From Craspedostauros australis (Eukaryota): a stretch of DNA of 35,057 nucleotides. The translations under genes were made by a program, and so were the position numbers. The notes below the pieces were generated by a model. That model was not told where the DNA came from, did not search any database, and saw only the letters and a program-made list of their open reading frames with translations. This document shows positions 1-11,373 of this stretch, piece by piece; the first letter of the stretch is position 1, and each line of letters begins with the position of its first letter. The DNA lies in contig JALAGF010000625.1 in NCBI GenBank assembly GCA_030167865.1, forward strand, positions 1-35,057, read 5' to 3'.

Positions 1-261
1 CTCTCTGAGGATGTCTCCCCAGCTTCTTTCGTGCTGGTGGCTCCAAATCCAACGGTTCTCGTTTTGGATCGCACCCTTTTTTGGAGACTTTTTGGTCGGT
101 GAGTCTCTGGCCTGCCTCTTCCCTCCTCGGCCTCCCCCATGAGCGCCTTTACCACGGGCCTGACGGCCTCCTCTTCCTGAACGTCCTCGTCCCATTGTCG
201 ATTGCTTTCGAGGGGTCTGGTTGGCTTTGCCAACATCGTTTTGGTCGTCTGTGCGCACCAT
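1..261 (-). CDS. Partial ORF (5' end only): basic, RGG/Gly-rich N-terminus of an unknown protein
   Basis: ATG at 261 on the minus strand, open for 87 codons to the window edge: MVRTDDQNDVGKANQTPRKQSTMGRGRSGRGGRQARGKGAHGGGRGGKRQARDSPTKKSPKRVRSKTRTVGFGATSTKEAGETSSE. It is not in the ORF track because no stop is reached. An AT-richer spacer lies upstream. Confidence 0.5.
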   Translation of the reverse strand, partial: MVRTDDQNDVGKANQTPRKQSTMGRGRSGRGGRQARGKGAHGGGRGGKRQARDSPTKKSPKKGAIQNENRWIWSHQHERSWGDILRE

Positions 262-493
262 TGTCAACAACTTTGTGCTAGTAGTGTTTCTACGTGTTCT
301 ACGTAAAAGTTTTTGTACTGGTCCTACGTACGTCATCAACAGTGGAAGAGTCACGGGACTGTGAGTTGTTTTAATTAATACAGGAACCGATAAGAGTGAA
401 TACGAGTATGGCGACACCACAATCATCTACTCTATCCTTCTCTACAAATAACAAACTGTGTGCACCACGCCCCATGTACGTGCTCTAGTTGCA

Positions 494-2662
494 TCACTGT
501 AGCTGTCGCCTCATCGTCGTTGTCAGAACACAACGATGTACCGGTGTGCCATTGAGATGACACGCCACTTCCGTTTCTGTGGCGCCCCTGGAAGGCAACA
601 CGGGACGTGCGAACCAACCATCACCAACTGCGCGTTCGCCACCCATGGCAATCCAATCCGCTGTCCGTTGTGTCACTCGTTGGTTGTCGCTCTTCGTCTC
701 GTGATTCGTTTGATGCTCGTCGCCATCTTGCGTCATCGTTGTCGTTGTCGTCGTCGTCGTCGACGTTGATGTGGTGACGACCTCAAACCCCACCTCGCAC
801 GCCAACTGTCTCATGAACACGGCCACATCTTCGCAGTTGGATTGCAACAAGAGACGTCCATTGGATGGTGCCAACATGCTGTACACACTCGACAGCAACT
901 CTTGTGTCACCATGAATCCATCGACTGCCGATCGTGGCAGCTGCGAGTTGCCATTGCTGTCGGTGGCCAAGCGGTATGGCGTGGGAAATTGGATCATGCA
1001 CAACGGGATGGGTCCAGGATACATCGCCGCCGAATGATCGCAAAAGTTCTCTGCAGAATCGACCAGAAATTGCAGCCGCTGGTGCATGTCTCTGCGTTGT
1101 GCCATGCCCTGCGCGTAGCCGATTCCGAGGCCGCCCAGATCGATACCGCAGAAGTTGTGTTGGGACCAGCGGGTGATGCCGCTGTCGTTGTTGTTGTGGC
1201 GACTGCTGGTGTTATCGTCGATTGTGCCGGAGGTCTGTGTCAGTTCGGTTGGCAACAGATCGTCGCAACCTGCCAAGGAAGCCAATCCCAAAGGCGAAAC
1301 TCCCATGCCACAGCCAATGTCAACCACCAACGGTCTCGCAGGATCTTGGAACTTTCTGAACCAATCGGTGCTGCTGTTCGTCATGGTAGGCTGTGTAGCA
1401 CCAATACCTGTTGATGCTGCTGACTGCGTGAGTGACGGTGCATCAGGGATCATCGTACCCTGCCGCTGTTCCCAATGTTTGACAGCAGACTGCAGAAATG
1501 CGCGTTGCTTCTTCTGCTTGGTGGAGAACTTCCAGATTAACAGCAAGGATCGAGTTGAATGCAGCTCCAAGCACGCATCGGTGTCATCCCTGCTCCCGCC
1601 CTGTTTGGGTTTGCCAGAAGCATCGTGCTTCGTTGCCAAACTCTGTTGCGCAATTTCCAACACTTCTTGTGCTTGGCGGCCGCAGTGAGTCGTTGTGATC
1701 CCTGCAGCAGACAGCCGCTCGAGGATCTGATAAATGTCCTTGGGCCGGCACGATGATCGTTGGCCAAACCGTTGCAGCTCCGCGCTGGTCGTTTGCAGGA
1801 GGAGATCAAACAATTCGACATCGGTGCAGCCGGCCAAGGCAAACCAGAATGCAGCATCGGCCGCCTTGCGACCGCCCAGTTCGTACAGAATGGCTTGCCG
1901 GGGTTGCTGTGTGAATCGCCGTTTGGTCTGCTCCACAATGTCCTGCAGACGCGCCTCGAAGATGGCGGATTGATGATGGTCGTTCTCAATGTGATTTTGA
2001 ATGTCATCGTCGTCGTCGTCGTTGTCGCGGTTGTGGTCGTGGTCGTCGCTGCCGTTGTTGTCGACACCGACCACGCGCTGCGCCCACAGCAAACTCTTCT
2101 GCGTGGACGACTCCACCGCCAAGCCCAACGCCGCATGGGCCAATTGCAACACAGTGGGACCGTCCATGAGGACGATCTGGGGATCAGCGAGCTTCGGAAT
2201 GACGCTCCACTTCGAACCACCTCCCTGCTTGCGAGGGACATCCTCCAGAACGACCTCGTACTCATCAATCTCGTAGACCTCAATCTGATGTCGCAGTTGG
2301 TCCGCCACTTCGTACTCCCCATCCCACCGTGCCTTGGATCGACGTTCCACAAGTTCATTGAGCTCGTTGATCTGATCGTTCGTCAGTACCGTCGTCTTGT
2401 GATCGACGACAACGGTGGGATCGTCCACCGGACTTTGAGTGGCATCACGGGGCTCACTTGCTCTTGAGATGAAGGCTGGATCATCCTTTCTTGTGCGATA
2501 CCGACGAAAGGAGGGGTGATGCTGTTGCAGGAATCCTTCCACGGCACCATGCCTTCCTGTGTTCACTGCGATTTGCAGCACCAGCAAAATCCCCAATCGC
2601 AAACATGTCACGATTGAGCAGCGTTGAGGCGACGATGTGCGCGACATCGTTGAAGATGGCAT
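494..2662 (-). CDS. TrmB-like (tRNA m7G46-type) SAM-dependent methyltransferase with an N-terminal CysRS anticodon-binding-like domain, probably organelle-targeted
   Basis: Single long ORF. SAM motif I PLVVDIGCGMG, then GIDLG, IQFPTPY (TrmB F-P-D-P-W position), LLLQSNCEDVA and a C-terminal TETEV (TrmB T-x-Y/F-E position). ELNELVERRSKARWDGEYEVADQLRHQIE..VVLED..GGSKW resembles the CysRS C-terminal domain. The hydrophobic N-terminus ends in VEG|FL. The ORF-track start at 2665 is GTG; the first ATG is 2662 (alternative 2647). Confidence 0.7.
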   Translation of the reverse strand: MPSSTMSRTSSPQRCSIVTCLRLGILLVLQIAVNTGRHGAVEGFLQQHHPSFRRYRTRKDDPAFISRASEPRDATQSPVDDPTVVVDHKTTVLTNDQINELNELVERRSKARWDGEYEVADQLRHQIEVYEIDEYEVVLEDVPRKQGGGSKWSVIPKLADPQIVLMDGPTVLQLAHAALGLAVESSTQKSLLWAQRVVGVDNNGSDDHDHNRDNDDDDDDIQNHIENDHHQSAIFEARLQDIVEQTKRRFTQQPRQAILYELGGRKAADAAFWFALAGCTDVELFDLLLQTTSAELQRFGQRSSCRPKDIYQILERLSAAGITTTHCGRQAQEVLEIAQQSLATKHDASGKPKQGGSRDDTDACLELHSTRSLLLIWKFSTKQKKQRAFLQSAVKHWEQRQGTMIPDAPSLTQSAASTGIGATQPTMTNSSTDWFRKFQDPARPLVVDIGCGMGVSPLGLASLAGCDDLLPTELTQTSGTIDDNTSSRHNNNDSGITRWSQHNFCGIDLGGLGIGYAQGMAQRRDMHQRLQFLVDSAENFCDHSAAMYPGPIPLCMIQFPTPYRLATDSNGNSQLPRSAVDGFMVTQELLSSVYSMLAPSNGRLLLQSNCEDVAVFMRQLACEVGFEVVTTSTSTTTTTTTTMTQDGDEHQTNHETKSDNQRVTQRTADWIAMGGERAVGDGWFARPVLPSRGATETEVACHLNGTPVHRCVLTTTMRRQLQ

Positions 2663-3572
2663 CACATGGAATGTTGATGAGAGTACCTATGCCACCACGT
2701 GCATGTTCAATCTGCGAACGGATCGGCGCAGCCATCAACCCCTGATTGGAACAGAGAGTTGCTCTGCGCCAACACGGTTTCCGAAATGTCTGTTTGTTGA
2801 TGATTGATGTGTCGCTGGAAGTTCGCGCCAAAAACTTGTGGTTGTTCGGTTTCGCTTGAAGTACAAAGACCAAATGAGGATAAATGACAACAGAACTGTT
2901 CATGACTGGATTCCGAATTCGCCAAAGTTGTGTTGACTTCGATGTTTGAGTCAGAAGAAACGGGACTGAGTGAGTGTTCGTGTTCTTGAGTGAAGAGCGT
3001 TGGGAACACAAGAGAGAGAACGTGCGATTCCATGGGTGGAGGCAACACCAACCTCCACGGAGCCTGTCGGCATCATTCTTCGTCGAATTCAGTGCATGTT
3101 GTGGTGGTCTGTCTCATCAGGCTTCATCACATCACATCACATTGCACCGTACCATACCGTTCCACGCTTCGCCACCACACTGAGCTGAGCTGGGCTGGGC
3201 TGACCAAGGCCTGTCTCGACGTTGATTCGTTGAGGAAGGAAGGAGGCCCAAGGGAAGACAGAAGGCGCGAAGCAGCGCACCAAGGCTTGGTTGGAGCTCG
3301 AGAGTGTGAGAAAGTGTACGTCTCAGCACATGCTCGTACATACAAACACATACAAGTACGCGTTTTGGGTCTGTGAATGCAATGGAGACGCAGCGGATGG
3401 TTCGATGACTCTGCTGATTGTGGAGGTGTTGGGGTGGAGAGAGTGAGTGGTGTGCCCGCGCATCGTTCATTCTGCTTCTTTCCCCGTACACGAAGGGCAA
3501 GGACACCACACAGTGTAGCACCGCTCTGCCAACGTTCACAATAGTCAGATCATCGGACGATCAGACGGAACG

Positions 3573-6500
3573 ATGGTGAAGCCACCCAAGACGATGCAAC
3601 CGGAGGGCAAGGACTTGACGAGGTTCGGACGCAAGTCCGCAAGCGCATTCAAGTCAGATTCATTCCACAACTACATGTCACGCAAGATCGATCTGCAAAG
3701 GAAGCAGTTTGGGACCGTGCTCCCGCCGCCTCCGTCATCATCCCACTCAACAGCGCAGAATGGTTCTCGCCAGGTGCCAACACACTCTGCTGGGATGCTA
3801 CTCACGGATGAAGAATCAGGCAAGCATCAATGGAATCATGTGCAGCGCAACCATCTGCAACGGGACCATCAGCAAGCGCCAGCCATTCATCCATCGAGGT
3901 CGTCGCGAGAGTCATTCAGCGCATCGGGACGTCCCTCGTTGCTATCTGAAGCCAATACTTCGGTGCAGTGCAGTCCACCACCCATCAATAACACCAACAC
4001 CGACAAGATCAAATGCAAGAAGGGTGGCGGAAGCGAAAGCAAAAAGGACGCCAAGATGAAGAGCAAGAGTAGGAGCAAGAGCAAGCACAGAACAAAATCC
4101 AAATCCAGATCCAAGGTCAAACGATCAAAGGATGACAAGTACAGCATGGCGTCAGTCATCGCTCGTTTGAAGAAGAAGCATGGCGATCCTGGGGCTCAGA
4201 ATCGAGACGTGCGCAAACGGCGCATTGCTGAAGTCGTCAGCACTGCCGCGGATGGTCCGGACAGCAAACGCCATGCGAAAGCAGACTCGGACAAAGCCAA
4301 TTCAACCACTGAAGCAGTCATTGGTCCCAGCAGTACGCATCATATATCAACAGTGAACCATGAAGATGTAGGTTGGAAAGAAGACAGCAACACCAACGAC
4401 GAAGAACAGCAGCACTGTCATCCACGGCATGGCGACCGTGTTGATGCAAGCAGGATCGATGGTGCGGAATCCTCGACAGCGACACCAACCAAAAGCAATC
4501 GATCGATCTGCCCTGACGATCTTTCTCACATTCACCCTCAAGCCGATCAACAAGAGTTTCTGGAAGGTGGAGACCATCGTCAACAACAGCAACAGCGACC
4601 CCACCACCATCAGGAGCAACGACGACAGGAAGAAAATTCCACCAGCCCTCAGAAGCAGCTATTGCCGACCACCCATAATGATTCAGTCTTCTCTGATGCT
4701 GCCGAACACGAACATGAACAGCAACAGGAACCACCGAAGCTCACACTCAAACAGCTGCGACGACAACGGCCGGACCTCTTCTTTGCGGGTATCGTCATCA
4801 AGGTGAATGGATACACGACTCCGGATAACGAAAGTCTGAAGCGGATGATCCAAAAACACGGCGGGGATTATGAAACATACGAAACAACCAGAGTCACACA
4901 TCTGATTGCCGAATCACTGTCGAAGGCAAAGGTCGACATGTACAAACGACAGAGGAATCCACGGCCCGTGTGCTTGCCATCCTGGATCGTTGACAGCACT
5001 CAACGCAAGAAGCTTCTTCCTCATCACGACTACCTCCTACCTTCCATGAAGGACCAATCGCATGGGAGACTGGTCTCCTTCCTCAAACCAAGGAAGCTGC
5101 CCGCGCCCGCTGCAACCAATCCTCCGAGTGCCACGTCGCAACCGTCAATATCACCGCCGCTGCCATCTTCGTCGACGTTGGATGGCACCACGACGACAAG
5201 CACCGTCACACGAAAGCAGAGAGATACAAAGTCAACTGCAGTAGATGATCACCTGCACCCAAAGCCATCCGAAGCACGTCCCTCAGAACGAAGGCACGCA
5301 TCGAATCCGCCACCGTCATCGTCATCGTCGTCACGTCCATCATCGGGCAACGCAATGTCAACACCAGAAGAAGCAGTAGCGACAGTAGCGGCAGTAGAAG
5401 CGGCATCGCCACCAATAGCAGTAGCGACAGTAGAAGAAGCAACAGCGACACCACAAATGAAACCATTGAAGGAGCACACCCAAAGTGCAGAGAAGCGACC
5501 GCACGAAACGTCCAACACGGTGCAACTGACACTGCCTCCAAAGGGTGGCAATGGAAATGATTCCGCGTTGAACCATGAACACTCCCGAAACAACAAGCGA
5601 ACGGTCGGTACGGACCCACAATTTCTGGAATCCTTCTTTCTCTCATCGCGGCTGAGTTTCATTGGAAGTTACAAGCAGCGCATCGCCAATTCTATCAAAC
5701 CCACAGTGTGCCACAAGAAACAGGCCAGCAGTCAGAATCAACGGCACGTGCTACACGTGGACATGGACTGCTTCTTTGTCAACGTCGCTCTGCGCAACTT
5801 CCCACAGCACCGTGACAAACCCGTGGCGATTTCACACTACGGGAACACGAAAGACAAACTACATTCGACAGGGTATGTCCCAGTCAATTCCAGTTCCGAA
5901 TGTGCCACATGCAACTACCACGCGCGCAAATACGGCGTCAAGAAGGGGATGTTCCTCGGGCGTGCCAAGCAGCTGTGTCCCGATCTCATCATTCTGGATT
6001 ACGACTTCAAAGGGTACGAGGAGGTATCAGACAAGGTGTTGGACATCCTTCACCTCGTCGCTGTGGAACATCGAGGATCTGTCGAGGCCGTATCATGCGA
6101 CGAAGCCTACATCGAAGTCTATCTGGACGACACCGAGGATAGCGACAGCAACAGCCTTGTCAGCCAGATTGCCGAGAGAATTCGCCAGGAGATCGCAGAC
6201 AAAACGCAATGCACAGCATCCGTCGGAGTGGCATCCAACAAATTGCTTGCCAAGCTCGGCACCGACAAGGTCAAACCCGACGGATGTTTCGTCGTGACCA
6301 ATCCTCGTGAATTGCTGGCCAAACTCCGTTTGCGCGATCTGCATGGAATTGGGTATCGCACCGAACCCAAGTTGAAGGCACAGCACTTGGTCTCTGTGCA
6401 GGACGTGTGGGATTTGGGCGCCAGAGGAGAAACCGTGTTGTGCAGCATCCTGGGGGCAGGCCTTGGCAAGAAGATCTTCAATTTCTGCAACGGCATTGAT

Positions 6501-8818
6501 GACCGTCTTGTGGAACCAGTCAAACGGAAAACGATCGGGGCAGAGGTATGTTCGGACTAACGAATGTGTGTGTCCTCGTATATTGCTGTGTCGATGATGT
6601 ATATTGCTGTGTTGGTATGGTTGCTGTTGATGTGTCTTCGTTTACCTCACGAAGGCGCATCTACTTGCGCACTGTTCACTGCTCTGCTCCAATCTGCTCT
6701 ATTTCTGGCTGGCGTTACCTCTGCATTCCCTTTGCATTCCCTCTGTACTCACCATTGTTACATATTCAACCCATTTCGTCGCGGCAGTGCAACTACGGTG
6801 TCAGGTTCGACGGACCGTATGGAATCGATCACTTCATCAATGGATTGGCGAAGGAAGTCGAAAAGAGGATGACAGCGGTCAACGTGAAGGGCAAACGCAT
6901 CACGGTGAAAGTGAAGCAGAGAAAGCAAGGTGCCAAGCCACCGCCGAAGTATTTGGGTCACGGCTCCTGCCACAATCTGTCAAAGAGTGGCGAGGTTGAG
7001 GGCGAACCAACGTGGAATGGCGAGTTGATCGCAAAGACGGCGATGTCGCTGTTTCTGGAGATGAAGGTCAATGTGGATGACGTACGTGGGATGGGAATTA
7101 TCATGAGCAAGCTGGACGACGACAGTGGCGCAACCGCAGGAGATGGCGTGACCAAGACCGCCTCAAAGATCACGAATTGGTTCCGCAACGAAGACGCGCA
7201 AGAGGAATGGCAGAAGGAACACATGCGACAATCTGCTGAGGCTGGGAAGCGAAAGGATCCACTGATTGGCACCGCAGAGAGTGCTTCAGGTGCCGACTCC
7301 GCATTTGCAAGCGGAGCTGTCGGTGCAGTCCATGCTCATGACGCCAACGCAACAGGCACCAACTTGAATCCCGGCGCCAGTATCAACATCGGCGACAAAT
7401 GCAGCGGCGATCATTCGCAACAGGCCGAGAAGGGTCCTTTTGAACGACGAGCTAATGTACTGATCCAAACCAAGTCGCAGGACCGTCAGGATGAAGCTTC
7501 ATTCGAGTACCATTCACCGCCAACGCAACTTGACGCGACGTCACCGTTTCAATACAGTCAGGATCGCTCAACCACGGACAACCACCCGCCATTCCAACCA
7601 GCGGACGATGCATCCGTCATCTTCACTGGAACAGCGCACAATGTGCGGAGCCCAATCGAGATGCCGTCCTTGAGCCAACTGCACATGAGCCAAGTGGACG
7701 CCCTGCCCAAGGACCTGCGGCATCAGATCCTCCGCTACGTCAGAGAACAGGAGCTGAAGAACATGCCGAAACGTGGTGGAAGTGGCAACGGTGATCGACT
7801 GAATGTCATTGATGTGGACGCCTTGCGTTCACCTGGTCCTGCGGACGATGTTGCAACACATGCTGCAGTCGTTGACGAGAATTCACTCAAAGGAAACGCT
7901 GTGATGATGCAGAATAGGAACGAGGGTTGGCAACAGCATCATGAGCAGCAGCAACAGGAGGAGCACAGGCAGCAGGAAGAGAACGCCGCACGCTTCCGGC
8001 AAACCGATTTGAAACGCATGATGAAGCTCGCCTCCGTCAAGGCAGGTGAAGCCACCATCAATGTCTCCCTCACGCAGCTGGAACACCTCCCACTGGAAAT
8101 CAAGCTGCAGATCGTCAACGATGACGACATGAGTGTTGGGAGATCTTCGCAGCACATGCGCCGACCAAAGTCAACGTCGAAAGTGAGAATGTCCGCTCCA
8201 TCCATGGATCCATCGAGCGAGAATAGGTCAAATGCAGCTCCACGATCATCGAAGACTACAGTCTCAGCAACAGCTGCAGCTACACTGGCAGCCACGGGAT
8301 CAACGGATGTCGCTGACGAATGCAGTTTGTGCGTGGACGATACACAAGATCAGAGTCCACCACAAGGGCCGCGAGAAGACTCACGTTTCTCTTCGGGGCC
8401 CAGAAATCCCGCACATTCACACGCGCACAACTCTTCACACAGGAGAGTGTTGCAGTGTGAAGCAACCGATGGTTTGGAAATCGCGGCTGACGTCCCCGAC
8501 GTTCGGTTGGCCTCGATTGCGCCTTACAACGAATCCAAGATTGATGCGTCGCGGACGTTTCACGAAACGAACGTCCTGCCGTTGCAGCAATACCTGGATG
8601 ATCATCCTGCTACGGATGCCGATGCGCAGCAAATGGTGATCTCTTTTTTGGTCACATGCATGCAGGAGCGCCGTGCCACGGATACATCACGACTGTTGCA
8701 TTGCATTCGCGACCGAGCGGATGGGTGGGGCGACGAGACAATCATGCAGAACATCATCGACTCGCTGAATGTGGTTGTGGTGAAGGTATTTGGCCACCGC
8801 ATTGATTTTGGTTTATGA
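3573..8818 (+). CDS. REV1: DNA repair protein REV1 (Y-family deoxycytidyl transferase), 2 exons
   Basis: Exons 3573-6545 and 6788-8818; intron 6546-6787 (GTATGT...GGCAG, phase 0) joins RKTIGAE|CNYGVRF. Motifs: N-terminal YMSRKIDLQRKQF, BRCT (FFAGIVIKVNGYT..THLIA..PSWIVDS), N-digit SRLSFIG, catalytic HVDMDCFF and SCDEAY, ASVGVASNKLLAK, KYLGHGSC, and UBM-like PSLSQLHMSQVDALPKDLR. About 1667 aa. Confidence 0.95.
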
Positions 8819-9239
8819 TGATGGATCGAGACCCATCTCGGTCCGAGGGTGGAGCAGAGTAACAAACTCACGCAATTCGCATGATCCTGTTCAATGAGTA
8901 TTGCGATGGGCATGGTACATCCGATCTGTCACTCAACAACGCCTCTTCTCGTTCTTGCTCAACAAAACCCGAACACTCTTGGCGCAACAAAACCTGAACA
9001 CGATGAGGATCTACGTCGTACTCGAGCACTTCCGGCACTGTGATGGTCCTCCTCTATCGAAACAGAGGACGATCGAGAGTCGGAGACGACCAGAGAAGCC
9101 AAGTGAGAGGAAGCGAGGCAATCAATGGGCGTTTCTACCATTCCAAGATGCACGATACGATACCATAAAACACTCAACCAATCATCCAGCAGCGATCCAT
9201 CTAAACCATCATCCAACAAACTTCGACCACCATCTCAAC

Positions 9240-10922
9240 ATGCCGACAGTTTCGAACCAACAACTCATTGATGCTGCCACGGCAGGTGATCTGTCCGTGT
9301 TGAAGGAATGGAACAAACAGAATGAAGGCGGTGATATCAATCTGCACGTAGGTTCTTTGCTTTGTACTCCCCTTCATTGGGCATGCGTCAACGGTCATCT
9401 GGAGTGTGCCAAATACCTCATTGAATCAACTAAGGCTGATACCAACTGCAAGGACATAAATGGTTACACTCCCCTTCATTGGGCATGCACCAACGGTCAA
9501 TTGGAATGTGTCAAGTACCTCATTGAATCAACTGTGGATGATGCCAACTGCAAAGACAACTTCTGTTCCACCCCCCTACATCGCGCATGCTGCAGCGGTC
9601 ATTTGGAGTGTGTCAGGTACCTCATTGAATCAACCAAGGCTGATGTCAACAGCAAAGACATACAAGGTGACACTCCCCTTCATTGGGCATGCGCCAATGG
9701 CCATCTGAAATGTGCCAAGTACCTCGTTGATTCATGCCAGGTAGATGTCAACTGCAAAACCAACTCTGGTATCACTCCCCTACATTACGCATGCGCCAAT
9801 GGCCTTTCTGAATGCGTGGAGTACCTCATCGAATCAACCAAGGCCAATCTCGATATCAAGAACAACAGGAACGAAACGCCCCTCGATGTGATCAAAGCAG
9901 ACGATCAAATCAAGACGATGAGATCGATCATTGCTGGTCTCAATCAACGCAACTCAGAACTGCAGCTGCAAATGAACAAACAACGCCGCACAAACACCAT
10001 CACAAACACCATCACAACATCATCCAAGCACAACAGCCCAGCCACCTGCACAACGACCAACATCAGCATCGGCCAAGATCGTCGCAGCGCTGTTCGTACC
10101 GAGGCCAAGACAGACGTCACCTTCCTGTGTGGACAAGGCGACGAACAACAACCAATCAAGGCAAACTCCGGAGTCCTCATGGTCACCGTTCCATCCATTC
10201 AGACATTGATTGACTCTGGAATCCAACGTCAACACGCTGATGACGAACCTGACGATGGCGCCGCCCCCATCCAAACAACCGTCCCTCTTCCCAATCTTCA
10301 ACCCAAACATGTCCGGCATGTTATCCAATCCATCTACACGGGTGAGATATCCTTCGATGATGACGTTGCTGACAACATTGAGACTGACGACGACGCTCAT
10401 GACAACGCCAATGCTGTTGATGCAAACCAGCCAACCTCCATCCTCAATGGACAGGACGATTTACACCAGCTGATCCTTGTGGCCAACGAGTTCGGCTTCT
10501 GGCGACTCAAGCTTGTTCTTGAAGCGGAGCTTGCCCGGAAGCATCTCACCAAGGACACTATGGTAGATACGTTGGTATTCGCCGATGAACACCACTGTGC
10601 ACTGTTGAAGGATGCCGCAATGAGAGCAGTAGCTGAAAACACGCAAACCGTGTTCACTCATCCAGATTTCAGGCAACTATTTCAACAACCTCAACTGATG
10701 GAAGATATCCATGTGCTGTGCAGTGGAGGGATGGAGAGCGATGGGGCTGATGATGAGTACAAGGGCATGTCCATGATGGAGTTGTACAAGGTTGTGGATG
10801 AAGACGAGGGCACTGCACAAGTGGATACATACATGGATCGCGTCGCGTTGTTGGCTTTTGTGCGTTCCATCAAATCCTCCAGAGTGATTGAGATTGACGG
10901 CACCGCTGAAGAAGAGAGGTGA
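9240..10922 (+). CDS. Ankyrin-repeat protein with a C-terminal BTB/POZ (plus BACK-like) domain
   Basis: Five TPLH(W/R/Y)AC..G..EC..YL repeats, then TDVTFLCG..IKANSGVL, VIQSIYTGEI, LILVANEFGFWRLKLVLEAEL, LVFADEHHCALLKDAAM (BTB/BACK of SPOP-like type). The start is taken at MPTVSNQQL (9240); the frame is open from 8901 but the upstream part looks non-coding. Confidence 0.85.
   Translation: MPTVSNQQLIDAATAGDLSVLKEWNKQNEGGDINLHVGSLLCTPLHWACVNGHLECAKYLIESTKADTNCKDINGYTPLHWACTNGQLECVKYLIESTVDDANCKDNFCSTPLHRACCSGHLECVRYLIESTKADVNSKDIQGDTPLHWACANGHLKCAKYLVDSCQVDVNCKTNSGITPLHYACANGLSECVEYLIESTKANLDIKNNRNETPLDVIKADDQIKTMRSIIAGLNQRNSELQLQMNKQRRTNTITNTITTSSKHNSPATCTTTNISIGQDRRSAVRTEAKTDVTFLCGQGDEQQPIKANSGVLMVTVPSIQTLIDSGIQRQHADDEPDDGAAPIQTTVPLPNLQPKHVRHVIQSIYTGEISFDDDVADNIETDDDAHDNANAVDANQPTSILNGQDDLHQLILVANEFGFWRLKLVLEAELARKHLTKDTMVDTLVFADEHHCALLKDAAMRAVAENTQTVFTHPDFRQLFQQPQLMEDIHVLCSGGMESDGADDEYKGMSMMELYKVVDEDEGTAQVDTYMDRVALLAFVRSIKSSRVIEIDGTAEEER
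9366..9890 (+). repeat. Intragenic tandem array of five 102-nt (34-aa) ankyrin units plus a partial sixth
   Basis: TPL codons start at 9366, 9468, 9570, 9672, 9774 and 9876. Shared DNA words include actccccttcattgggcatgc and tacctcattgaatcaac. Confidence 0.9.
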
Positions 10923-11373
10923 AAAACCACAACAGCAGACGGAGGAGCAAACATGTCACGGAATGACAGCAGATAAATTAGATTAGTAATCAGAGTAACA
11001 CTAAAGTAACCTTGGTGCAAGGAGGTACTCAGTGATCCATTCAATAGCGCGCCGCACATGTCGTCAAGCACTCCCAAAGTCCGACGCTGGGCCTTGCACT
11101 CCCCACAAGCACGATGTTTTGTGTGTCCGCAGATCTTTTCGTTTGTTCTGTCTGAAGTTTCGCAGGCGTCACCGATCAAGCACGCTGTGGTATCGCAACT
11201 GCTAAACTTCATCAGATGATATGGGTCAGTCTGCCGCCGTTCGAATGCTGCACTTGATGAACATCACAATCGGCACATCCGATCAGGCGCGGGATGGCGT
11301 CAAGCCTACTATTACAGTGTCCTACTTCATACACACCATACTATTCTATATGGCAGCCAACTGGACTAGCGAG

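Noticed and set aside
6578-6612. Direct repeat gtatattgctgtgt (x2) in the REV1 intron
   Set aside because: A short local slippage duplication with no sign of a target-site duplication or element.
6548-6787. N-terminal 80 aa of ORF 6548..8818 as the start of a separate gene
   Set aside because: This is the REV1 intron (GTATGT...CAG); splicing restores the conserved AE|CNYGVRF junction.
9366-9890. Regularly spaced repeats as a CRISPR-like array
   Set aside because: The period is an exact multiple of three inside an ORF, and the whole unit is conserved as ankyrin repeats; there are no unique spacers or cas genes.
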